Shown: positions 52,401 through 61,011 of the stretch, piece after piece
Layout: each line of letters begins with the position of its first letter
How positions within the stretch are numbered: position 1 is the stretch's first letter
NCBI GenBank assembly: GCA_963796955.1
Contig: CAWCNJ010000008.1
Coordinates: forward strand, 32,001 to 96,000
DNA length: 64,000 nt
Direction of reading: 5' to 3'
DNA from: Endomicrobiales bacterium
Lineage (GTDB): Bacteria > Elusimicrobiota > Endomicrobiia > Endomicrobiales > JALOBY01
Position numbers and translations under genes: made by a program
The notes under the pieces: model-generated
Seen by the model: only the letters and a program-made list of their open reading frames with translations
What the model was told of the DNA's origin: nothing
Database searches by the model: none

Positions 52401-54905
52401 GATTATCAAAGCTTATACGGCATCACCAGCAGCGACGATCTTTCAACCAGAAAAGAACAGGCTCTTTCCATGAAGTACGAGATCAATGCTTCCAGCGCCG
52501 GTGAGGCCTCGACCAGGATACTTTACGGGCAGCCGTACGACTATTCAAATTATCACAACTTCAAATTATTCGTGTACGCGAAAGATTCTTCCGATACTTT
52601 TTTCATCCAGATCGGTAATGATCAGAACTATTTCGAGTATTCGGAGCCCGTTAACTGGGTCGGCTGGAAATTAATAACCATTCAACAGAAAGATCTTACG
52701 GGCGACTCTAAACCTGACCGGTGGATCTCCAACGGAGGCGCTTCTTCCAGCACGGTGGTGGGCAGCCCGTCCTTTCAAAACATAAGCCAGATTAGACTGG
52801 GTGTGCGCACGGGCCCGGGTGTGCGCAAGGGTGAGATCTGGATCGATGAACTTTTTGTGACTGATACCTGGATCAAGGAAGGTTACGCCTGGCGGGCGAA
52901 CGCCGATTTCACCGTGCCTAACTGGGCTGCTTTCGGCATGAAGCGCAAGCTGATGAACCGTAATTTCGAAACGTTTTCCGCGGGAGTTTATAACCGCGAC
53001 AGTTACGAGGATTCCGGCTATTTGAATTTGAACAAGGTGCCGGGCCTGAACCTGCTGGGCATTAATGTCCCCGTCAATTCAACGTTAAGCAGAAGCATCG
53101 TAACGACTCCTTCCGTCGTGCAGAACCAGGGAAACCTTGTTTCCATACAGGACGAAGGCCGCGTTATAAATTATGCCGGGTCAGCTTCCAGCAATTTAAG
53201 CATAAGCCGCTATTTACCGAATGTCGGAGCAAACTACACACAGGCGATAAGCGATGCCCAGGATACCCACATCCTTCAAAATAACCAGACGGCGACAGCG
53301 AACGCGTCGTATTCATTGCCGATGAAGGTCTTTTTCCTTCCGACGGATGTGGCGGGTGATTATTCTATCAACAGATCCTACCTGTGGCAATGGAAGAAGA
53401 TCGGCGGCACCGACGGCTCGCACGATTCTGAGTTCCTGGGCATCAGCGCACTGGGGAATTATCTTTCTGAGTTCAAGACCAATAACTATCAGTTGTTGGA
53501 TACGAACGAAGGCTGGTCGGCGAAAGCGCCGTTCCAGTTCATAAATCTCGGGAATGTCTCAATGAATTTTTCACCTGCCTACAGCTATAAGCAATCCAGG
53601 GAGGACAATAAGCTCATCAATTCGGTGTTCGACAAAAATAAAAGCCAGTCCGTCAGCGCCAGCTCGTCCCTGCGGCTGGCCCGGTGGTTCGCGCCGAACG
53701 TTTCTTTTACCTCCGTGACCAATGAAACCTACGATATAACGTATGATACGACGATAACACCCGCTAAGCTGCCGTCACAAACAAAGGCCATTGACCGCAA
53801 CGCTGCCACGGAAGTATCCCTGAACCTGAACGCCTCCGATCTTTCCAGCAGCCCGTATTTAAAGTCTCTTGGGTTGACCTCTTCCTTCCGTATGCAGGAT
53901 TCCGATTCTTATGACGGTATACCGTCATCATTTACCGCCATCGGATTACGGACAAAAGACCTCTGGATACGTGATAATCGTCTCGATCTGACGAATTCAA
54001 CGACGAATTTTATCGTGAGATCGGTGATCAGGCATGACGAGATCCGCCTTTCAGGCCGGTATAATCCGTTCGAGGCCCTGAACCTGAAAAACAGGCTTGA
54101 GCCCTTGCGCAGCATAACCACCAACATTACGTACAACGGGATCACCGAACAATCGCTTATCACGGGCACCACCAGCGAATCCCGCACTATCGTGTGGCCG
54201 GATATGGTGGTAGGTATGAAGAGATTGGAACGCATGCTGCACTTGGATCCCTGGGTTACCGACTCGAACCTGAACCTTAATTATCGGAAGAAAACCTCCG
54301 AAAGGGTGATGGTAACCCGCACCGATAGCGTTAACTATGGAACGGACCTGCATTTTTTCCTGTTCAAGAAATATGACCTCGGCTTCAACATGAGCTCTGC
54401 CAATGATGAGGACACGGACCTTATACAATCCCTGATAACCCGCACCGCCAGCAACATGGCCTGGGGCGGTCAGGCAGGCGCTAATATCGGCAAATGGCGC
54501 ATGTCCCTGCGCTACGACAACAGCCAGAATTGGAGCGCCGACGGTACCGGCAAGCTTACCGCCGATATGGTCACGAACACCTATACGTCGAATGTGAATC
54601 TTGATACCACCTTCCCGCGCGGTATCCCGATACCGTTCACAAAACGGATGCTCGCGTTGACGAACAGAATAGTTTTCGGCGCGATATTGAAGTACAGCTC
54701 GACCTCTTCAAGTCTGAATGTGGATACCACGAATAAAGACACCTATTCAGCTAACTTTACGACCGATTACGAAGTGTCGGCTAATTTCCGCGCATCGTTC
54801 GGCCTCGGCTGGAGCATGGTCAAGAACAGGGTGGTTACGGACCCGGTCAACAACGACGACCTGCAGACCCTGGATGTTTCCGGCCGTCTGACGATACAGT
54901 TTTGA
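49443..54905 (+). CDS. SprA/Sov-like large outer-membrane translocon (type IX secretion translocon homolog)
   Basis: Signal peptide; MDQQLQVRIKGQVGRKINVNVDFDD and YKGDPEEVVQEAAFGDITMSLP...QLFGVK resemble the SprA N-terminal region; repeated DY.IDY..G motifs; EDxDxDG motifs; long amphipathic C-terminus ending in Phe (RLTIQF). Confidence 0.75.
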   Translation: MKRIVFIIGFAFAFLWILYQSAESQFYTGHRAFSVLGPGKDAIIEQAASTSTVVVTSTASVSSQVPSSTGRYAIDIPTTTLSDQAGDQFLKYLDDSNFFHYSTKRWINLRTAAETGRNPGEQVIVSSGTRRAPPQLPPGLSVELPYESQLSISGRKTIGVGYKTTMYRFPDPVKRINTNAMTMDQQLQVRIKGQVGRKINVNVDFDDTTADKRDISVVYKGDPEEVVQEAAFGDITMSLPSTEFVGYSKQLFGVKIDAKPTKNLHTWGFFSRTKGFSEAKRFIGNTQLNRTQISDTSYIPMKYYNLLFPNIGKVKTGSVRVLRDDRISTNNNITTSTGTLVETYPGNLGASTTYYVGDFDQLVPGQDFTVDYERGFIFFKMHLNPTDVIAVDYQKDDGTWLSAADGLLKIIKDENNNPSISTEMKTFYSLGNIKIIRDDGRGNFLLKIQDLNNNTLTGNMIDNGDGTFKTVPVYPETNPNVPGIVVDFDSGIFYLDPPNGRPFHDALYTQALHKYSFLTEYHYRNKFITLRPGIVPQSERITLNGRTITRDQDYFIDYDAGLVTFINDGDIREDTVIDINYDYAPFGSAGGSTLVGLRTELAATKNISLGSSYIYDFAAQSVAVPDIRTTPSSLQVWEGDAKVASTKVPGLPLTAAFGGEYASSKSNPNIMGKAIVESMEGVKLEDDVSLYDQNWHPASNPSGLRYFLGLDPANSSRTKDIFWQSVNVPKKELYPNNDRLTGNDQQQCLSVEYDLTRSTEVSIIQPISSVGIDYSKKSFLEVWINGDGKGEQLLISYGSLSEDVDGTGGDHGMPKTEDKNLDGTLNAGEDVGWKFINPDGTSYQVGNNNAKLDTEDLDGNGVLSTADQVAGEFGMAQNDYFRTATDESGVPYTAVTWTGWKYFKIPLNITPDQMLDWRSVKQVRLTLRASGAGQVGAIRLAKLGLTGNKFDNPVSSVLDSTITVTAINTIDDAAVYPLGQSLLVNSDYQSLYGITSSDDLSTRKEQALSMKYEINASSAGEASTRILYGQPYDYSNYHNFKLFVYAKDSSDTFFIQIGNDQNYFEYSEPVNWVGWKLITIQQKDLTGDSKPDRWISNGGASSSTVVGSPSFQNISQIRLGVRTGPGVRKGEIWIDELFVTDTWIKEGYAWRANADFTVPNWAAFGMKRKLMNRNFETFSAGVYNRDSYEDSGYLNLNKVPGLNLLGINVPVNSTLSRSIVTTPSVVQNQGNLVSIQDEGRVINYAGSASSNLSISRYLPNVGANYTQAISDAQDTHILQNNQTATANASYSLPMKVFFLPTDVAGDYSINRSYLWQWKKIGGTDGSHDSEFLGISALGNYLSEFKTNNYQLLDTNEGWSAKAPFQFINLGNVSMNFSPAYSYKQSREDNKLINSVFDKNKSQSVSASSSLRLARWFAPNVSFTSVTNETYDITYDTTITPAKLPSQTKAIDRNAATEVSLNLNASDLSSSPYLKSLGLTSSFRMQDSDSYDGIPSSFTAIGLRTKDLWIRDNRLDLTNSTTNFIVRSVIRHDEIRLSGRYNPFEALNLKNRLEPLRSITTNITYNGITEQSLITGTTSESRTIVWPDMVVGMKRLERMLHLDPWVTDSNLNLNYRKKTSERVMVTRTDSVNYGTDLHFFLFKKYDLGFNMSSANDEDTDLIQSLITRTASNMAWGGQAGANIGKWRMSLRYDNSQNWSADGTGKLTADMVTNTYTSNVNLDTTFPRGIPIPFTKRMLALTNRIVFGAILKYSSTSSSLNVDTTNKDTYSANFTTDYEVSANFRASFGLGWSMVKNRVVTDPVNNDDLQTLDVSGRLTIQF

Positions 54906-54907
54906 TC

Positions 54908-55603
54908 ATGTTAAAACATATCGCTGCCTTATTATTCCCAATCAAATGCGCTGTCTGCGGCAAGCTTATGCCTGCTGACGATACGTACCGGCTCTGCTCT
55001 TCCTGTTTTGACCGCATACGCCCGCTGGGGGAATTTCAGTGTAAGGGCTGCGGGCGCGCGCTTCCGGACGTGCAAAAGTTTTGTTTTGACTGCCTGAAGA
55101 CCCGGCCGGCGCTTATTATCCGGTCATACACACAGTTCAGCGAACCGGTCCGACCGCTGATCCATAAATTCAAATACGGCCGGCAGCCGTACCTGTCGCG
55201 CATTTTGGCCAGATTCATGTTCATCGCGTTCCAGGCGAATGATTGCTTTGCCGGTGTCGATACCATCGTACCGGTCCCCAGCCATTGGAGTCGGCGATTC
55301 GGGCGCGGCTACGACCATGTACAGTTGCTGGCCCGTGAATTTTCGGTCGTTTCCGGTCTTCCTACCCATGATCTGCTGCTCAAGAAACGCCGCACACCGC
55401 CGCAAGCCAAACTCACCCGTGAAAAGCGCCTGAAAAACCTTACGGATGCGTTCTCCGTCCGTGATGGCGGACTGGTTTCGGGAAAGTCTATCGTACTGAT
55501 AGACGATGTCTGCACTACCGGCGCAACGCTCTCAGCGTGCGCAAGAACCCTCCTTTCAGCCGGCGCCGATTCTGTCGTAGGTCTTTCTGCCGCCAGAGAT
55601 TAG
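54908..55603 (+). CDS. comF: ComF family protein (double zinc ribbon + phosphoribosyltransferase)
   Basis: Four CxxC pairs, VPVPSH..R...RGY, LIDDVCTTGATL. Confidence 0.88.
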   Translation: MLKHIAALLFPIKCAVCGKLMPADDTYRLCSSCFDRIRPLGEFQCKGCGRALPDVQKFCFDCLKTRPALIIRSYTQFSEPVRPLIHKFKYGRQPYLSRILARFMFIAFQANDCFAGVDTIVPVPSHWSRRFGRGYDHVQLLAREFSVVSGLPTHDLLLKKRRTPPQAKLTREKRLKNLTDAFSVRDGGLVSGKSIVLIDDVCTTGATLSACARTLLSAGADSVVGLSAARD

Positions 55604-55618
55604 CCGGCTACATTAAAT

Positions 55619-55647
55619 TTGAAATTCTTGAATAAATGTAGTACTAT
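55619..55647 (+). promoter_or_regulatory. Putative sigma70 promoter for gap
   Basis: TTGAAA (55619-24), 17-nt spacer, TACTAT (55642-47); GGGAGG RBS before ATG 55705. Confidence 0.55.
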
Positions 55648-55686
55648 ACATATTCAATATCCGCAACGATGCGGTATAATTATTAA

Positions 55687-56756
<1,070 letters not shown>

Positions 56757-56766
56757 TCGTTTATAC

Positions 56767-56813
56767 ACGTGGCGGCTGAAACAACAATTGTTTCAGCCGC
56801 CGCGTTTTCTTTT
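56767..56813 (+). terminator. Rho-independent terminator after gap
   Basis: GGCGGCTGAAACAA-CAA-TTGTTTCAGCCGCC perfect 14-bp stem followed by TTTTCTTTT. Confidence 0.85.
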
Positions 56814-57752
56814 ATGAGTACTCAAAAGAAAATACTGGTAGTTGATGATGATGACGACATAGCAGACCTGATCAGGCTCACTCTTGAGACTGAGGGTTAT
56901 GAAGTTATTCGCGCGTACGACGGGTTGGATGCGCTTGAAAAGGCCAAACTGCATAAGCCGGCCCTGATCGTTTCAGATGTCGATATGCCCCGCATGGACG
57001 GTCTGGAACTGTTACAGGAGTTAAGAAAAGATCAGTTGTTCCGCCTGCTTCCCGTAATAATTCTCTCCGGCTCAAGAACAGGTCCTCAGGACCGGATATC
57101 GGGCCTGGAAACAGGGGCCGACGATTACATACTCAAACCTTTCCTTCCGCCCGAACTATCTATCCGCGTTAAACGCCTTATCGACCGTACCGAAGAACAG
57201 CTTTCTGTCAGTCCGCTCACCCGGCTGCCGGGGAGCCTTACATTGGAAGCAGAGGTAACGCGCCGGATCAGTGACAGCGATCTTGCCGTGTGTTATTTCG
57301 ACCTCGATCATTTTAAGGCCTATAACGATTGTTACGGTTATAAAAAAGGCGACGAAATAATCAAGGCTGTCGCCAATATCATCGCGCAAGCAAGTGCTGT
57401 GGTCGGGGGACAAAACGATCTGCTCACTCATATCGGCGGAGACGACTTCATATTGATCACGACAAAAAATGCGGCGCAGAATATTTGCGTGACGGTCATA
57501 GAAGAATTCGCCCGGATGGTGCCCGGTATGTACTCCGCCGAAGACGTCAAGAACGGATACATCTCTTCAACAAACAGGAAAAATGAAAAACAAAATTTTC
57601 CGTTAATGACGATCTCGATCGGGATCGTTACGACCGAAAATAGAAAATTCGATCATTATGCACAGCTGGTGGATGTGCTGGCCGAGATCAAGAGATTTGC
57701 AAAAACCATTAAAGGCAATGTCTGGATAAAAGACCGCAGAAAAGATAATTAA
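56814..57752 (+). CDS. Response regulator receiver + GGDEF (GGDDF) diguanylate cyclase-like protein
   Basis: ILVVDDD, VSDVDMPRMDG, GADDYILKPF, DLDHFKAYNDCYG..KGD, HIGGDDF. Confidence 0.9.
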   Translation: MSTQKKILVVDDDDDIADLIRLTLETEGYEVIRAYDGLDALEKAKLHKPALIVSDVDMPRMDGLELLQELRKDQLFRLLPVIILSGSRTGPQDRISGLETGADDYILKPFLPPELSIRVKRLIDRTEEQLSVSPLTRLPGSLTLEAEVTRRISDSDLAVCYFDLDHFKAYNDCYGYKKGDEIIKAVANIIAQASAVVGGQNDLLTHIGGDDFILITTKNAAQNICVTVIEEFARMVPGMYSAEDVKNGYISSTNRKNEKQNFPLMTISIGIVTTENRKFDHYAQLVDVLAEIKRFAKTIKGNVWIKDRRKDN

Positions 57753-57758
57753 TGAAAA

Positions 57759-57786
57759 GTAGGGGCGAACGGACGTTCGCCCGTAC
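57759..57786. repeat. GTAG-type REP-like palindrome
   Basis: GTAGGGGCGAAC-GGAC-GTTCGCCCGTAC. Confidence 0.6.
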
Positions 57787-57807
57787 AAATATTCCAAGAG
57801 GTGCTCA

Positions 57808-59013
57808 ATGAAAAAAGTAATTACCGATGTGGACGTTGCCGGAAAAAAAGTTCTTGTACGCGTGGACTACAATGCGCCGCTTGATGAAAATCTGAATATA
57901 ACGAACGATAAAAGAATAGTTGCGACCCTTCCTACTATTAAATATCTTCTGGAAAAGAAATGCGCGATAATCCTGATGTCTCATTTGGGCAGGCCAAAGG
58001 GTAAAGTCGTTGCATCAATGAGCCTGAAGCCTGTTGCCAAACGCCTTGGCGAACTTCTTGGACTGACGGTAAAAATGGCCCCGGACTGCATCGGCGGCGA
58101 AGTAAAGAAGATGGCAGCCGATCTGAAGCCCGGTGAAATACTGCTGCTTGAAAACCTTCGTTTCCATCCTGAAGAAGAAAAGAATGATGATACATTCGCC
58201 GCTGAACTCGGTTCTCTCGGCGAGGTGTTCATCCAGGATGCCTTCGGTACCGTTCATCGCGCTCACGCTTCCACCTCAGGTATTGCAAAATACGTGAAAG
58301 TTACAGCCGCGGGGTTCCTTGTTGAAAAAGAACTTAAATTCCTTGGCGAGGCTCTTGCCAATCCTAAACGTCCGTTCCTGGCGATACTGGGCGGCGCAAA
58401 GGTTTCCGACAAGATCGCCGTGATAGAAAACCTTCTTTCTAAAGTTGATTCACTTATTATCGGCGGCGCCATGGCCTATACGTTCCTTAAGGCCAAGGGC
58501 ATCGAAGTAGGTAAATCGCTGGTAGAAGAAGATAAGCTCGATGTGGCTAAGAACCTTATGAAGATCGCCGATGAAAAGAAAGTGCCTATTTTCCTGCCTA
58601 TCGATCATGTGGTGACCGACAAAGTTGATTTCGCCAACAAAAAAGCAGGCGACGGCGCCAAGATCTACGACACGAACGGCGCGGAGATCGAACCCGGATT
58701 CATGGGTGTTGATATCGGCCCTATGACCCTTCAGCGTATCGCCCCGGTAGTAACAAATGCCAAGACGATCGTTTGGAACGGACCTCTTGGAATATTTGAA
58801 ATAGACGCCTTCTCCAAGGGCACGGTAGAGATCGCCAAACTCGTCGCCCAGGCGACCGACAATGGCGCCATCTCAGTTGTTGGCGGCGGCGATTCAGTAT
58901 CGGCGGTAAAAAAAGCCGGCGTTGACAAGAGAATATCGCACATTTCCACCGGCGGCGGTGCTTCTCTTGAATTCCTTGAAGGTAAAGAGTTGCCCGGTAT
59001 CGCTGTTCTCTAA
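57808..59013 (+). CDS. pgk: Phosphoglycerate kinase
   Basis: RVDYNAP, SHLGRPKG, LENLRF, GGAKVSDK, STGGGASLEFLEG. Confidence 0.98.
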   Translation: MKKVITDVDVAGKKVLVRVDYNAPLDENLNITNDKRIVATLPTIKYLLEKKCAIILMSHLGRPKGKVVASMSLKPVAKRLGELLGLTVKMAPDCIGGEVKKMAADLKPGEILLLENLRFHPEEEKNDDTFAAELGSLGEVFIQDAFGTVHRAHASTSGIAKYVKVTAAGFLVEKELKFLGEALANPKRPFLAILGGAKVSDKIAVIENLLSKVDSLIIGGAMAYTFLKAKGIEVGKSLVEEDKLDVAKNLMKIADEKKVPIFLPIDHVVTDKVDFANKKAGDGAKIYDTNGAEIEPGFMGVDIGPMTLQRIAPVVTNAKTIVWNGPLGIFEIDAFSKGTVEIAKLVAQATDNGAISVVGGGDSVSAVKKAGVDKRISHISTGGGASLEFLEGKELPGIAVL

Positions 59014-59038
59014 TAAAATATTCATAAAGGAAAATACT

Positions 59039-60247
59039 ATGGTTGACCAGGAATTTGTCAGCAAACTAGTTACAAAAAACGATTCAAAGATCGTTATGCT
59101 TGTTTTCGACGGCCTTGGCGGCCTGCCGCATCCCGTGACCGGTAAGACCGAACTTGAAACTGCCGTTCATCCCAACCTGGACAAGCTTGCCTCCAGCGGT
59201 GTTTGCGGCCTTTCGTATCCCATCGCTCCCGGCATAACACCGGGTTCGGGTCCCGCGCACGAATCGCTGTTCGGCTATGATCCTCTTAAATATGTCATAG
59301 GACGCGGCTTGCTTGACACGCTCGGTATTGATTTTGAATTCGCTAATGGAGACCTGGCCGCAAGAGGGAACTTCTGTACCCTTGATACCAAGGGCATTAT
59401 CACGGACCGACGCGCAGGCCGCATCGCCTCAGATAAGGCCAACCAACTGTGCTCTGAGATTCTCAACGGCATAGAGATAGAGGGTATAAAAACCTTCGTG
59501 CTTCCCGTAAAAGAACACCGTTTCTCCGTAATATTCCGCGGAGCGGGCCTGGGCGATAAGTTGAATGATTCCGACCCTCAGCACGAAGGCTTGAACGCTC
59601 ACGAAGTAAAGGCGCAGGCTGCGGACTCAGCCTTCGCCGCGAAAATAGTAAATGCTTTTATCCTTGAAGCCAATAAGCGTCTGAGCAAAGAGGTGCCTGC
59701 TAACGGCATACTGCTGCGCGGATTCTCAAAGATGATAGATATGCCTTCCTTCGACGAAATATATCAGCTTAACGCCGCCGCCATCGCGCTGTATCCGATG
59801 TATCGCGGACTTGCCTGCCTGGTGGGAATGAAAGTGTTGAAGACCGGCACAACACTTCAAAGCGAATTCGTTACGCTTAAAGAACAGTTCTCCAATTTCG
59901 ATTTCTTTTATATTCATATCAAATACACGGATTCCGCCGGTGAAGACGGCGACTTCGACCGCAAGGTAAAAGTTATCGAAGAAGTCGACGGCTACCTTTC
60001 AGTGCTGAACGAATTGAAGCCTGATGTCGTGATAGTTACCGGCGATCATTCCACGCCCGCTGTCATGAAGGGCCATTCATGGCATCCGGTTCCATTGCTG
60101 ATAAACTCGGCTCTCTGCCGCGCCGATAAGGCAACCCAGTTCAACGAGACCCAGTGCCTTTCCGGCGGTCTTGGACATATTTCGGCGCAAAGCATTATGC
60201 CGATCGCGCTGGCGAACGCGGGAAGACTAATTAAGTACGGCGCGTAA
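59039..60247 (+). CDS. apgM: 2,3-bisphosphoglycerate-independent phosphoglycerate mutase, ApgM type
   Basis: FDGLGG, TPGSGPAH.SLFGY, DRRAGR, TDSAGEDG, TGDHSTP, HSWHPVP. Confidence 0.88.
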   Translation: MVDQEFVSKLVTKNDSKIVMLVFDGLGGLPHPVTGKTELETAVHPNLDKLASSGVCGLSYPIAPGITPGSGPAHESLFGYDPLKYVIGRGLLDTLGIDFEFANGDLAARGNFCTLDTKGIITDRRAGRIASDKANQLCSEILNGIEIEGIKTFVLPVKEHRFSVIFRGAGLGDKLNDSDPQHEGLNAHEVKAQAADSAFAAKIVNAFILEANKRLSKEVPANGILLRGFSKMIDMPSFDEIYQLNAAAIALYPMYRGLACLVGMKVLKTGTTLQSEFVTLKEQFSNFDFFYIHIKYTDSAGEDGDFDRKVKVIEEVDGYLSVLNELKPDVVIVTGDHSTPAVMKGHSWHPVPLLINSALCRADKATQFNETQCLSGGLGHISAQSIMPIALANAGRLIKYGA

Positions 60248-60254
60248 AATTTTC

Positions 60255-60283
60255 TTGACAATAAAAGGATTCTTAAGTATAAT
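60255..60283 (+). promoter_or_regulatory. Consensus sigma70 promoter for secG-tRNA operon
   Basis: TTGACA (60255-60), 17-nt spacer, TATAAT (60278-83). Confidence 0.85.
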
Positions 60284-60292
60284 CTTTCAACA

Positions 60293-60592
60293 ATGTATTA
60301 TTTCTTTGTAGTACTTCATGTCATCGCATGTGTAGGACTTATACTGGTAGTGCTTATGCAGTCCGGAAAAGGCGGCGGTTTGTCGGGCCTGACGGGCGGC
60401 GGCAGCAGCGGCGGGGAACAACTCTTCGGCGCGGCGGCCGGTGTAAGTTTCGTAAAAAAAGTAACCGTAGGTTTTGTGCTGGTCTTTCTATTTACTTCAC
60501 TTGTCCTTACCCTGGTTGCCTCAAGGCGCGGATTAAGATCGGTAACCAGCCAATACCCGATGGCCCCGATGTCCGGGCCAGGACAGCAATAA
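60293..60592 (+). CDS. secG: Preprotein translocase subunit SecG
   Basis: LILVVLMQSGKGGGLSG..GG....LFG, two TM helices, followed by tRNA-Leu. Confidence 0.92.
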   Translation: MYYFFVVLHVIACVGLILVVLMQSGKGGGLSGLTGGGSSGGEQLFGAAAGVSFVKKVTVGFVLVFLFTSLVLTLVASRRGLRSVTSQYPMAPMSGPGQQ

Positions 60593-60604
60593 ATAAAGTA
60601 TAAT

Positions 60605-60686
60605 GCTGGGGTGGCGGAACTGGCAGACGCGCACGTTTGAGGGGCGTGTACCGAAAGGTATGCGGGTTCAATTCCCGCCCCCAGCA
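60605..60686 (+). tRNA. tRNA-Leu(GAG)
   Basis: Cloverleaf GCTGGGG...CCCCAGC-A, anticodon loop TTGAGGG, long variable arm; CCA not encoded. Confidence 0.93.
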
Positions 60687-60847
60687 TAATAGTTAGCGGG
60701 AATTGAAGCCAACCCGAGCGCCGCCGCGTAGGCGGATGAAGCGAGCGGTGGCCGGCTTCGAAGGAGCCCGACAGGGCGGGTGAGAAGAATTCCCGCCCTT
60801 AAATAGATTCTTTCGAAAATGTGTTGAAGTTTTGACTGTATAGAAAC

Positions 60848-60922
60848 GCGGGAGTAGTTCAGTGGTAGAACGTCTCGTTGCCAACGAGAAGGTCGAGGGT
60901 TCAAGCCCCTTCTCCCGCTCCA
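60848..60922 (+). tRNA. tRNA-Gly(GCC)
   Basis: GCGGGAG...CTCCCGC-TCCA, anticodon loop TTGCCAA. Confidence 0.95.
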
Positions 60923-60941
60923 AATATGACTGCAACAAGAG

Positions 60942-60973
60942 GAGATTAGGTCTCTAAGATCTAATCTCTTTTT
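60942..60973 (+). terminator. Terminator after tRNA-Gly
   Basis: GAGATTAGGTCT-CTA-AGATCTAATCTC stem followed by TTTTT. Confidence 0.7.
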
Positions 60974-61011
60974 AAGTTCAACTCAAGCTAACCTCTAACG
61001 GAGGCATCATT

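Noticed and set aside
55659..55680. Small hairpin CCGCA-ACGA-TGCGG and a second TATAAT in the gap leader as an operator or riboswitch
   Set aside because: Too short to distinguish from chance, and no known motif recognised.
60668..60938. Minus-strand ORFs over the tRNA region (also 63784-63978)
   Set aside because: They overlap tRNA genes in antisense and are spurious.
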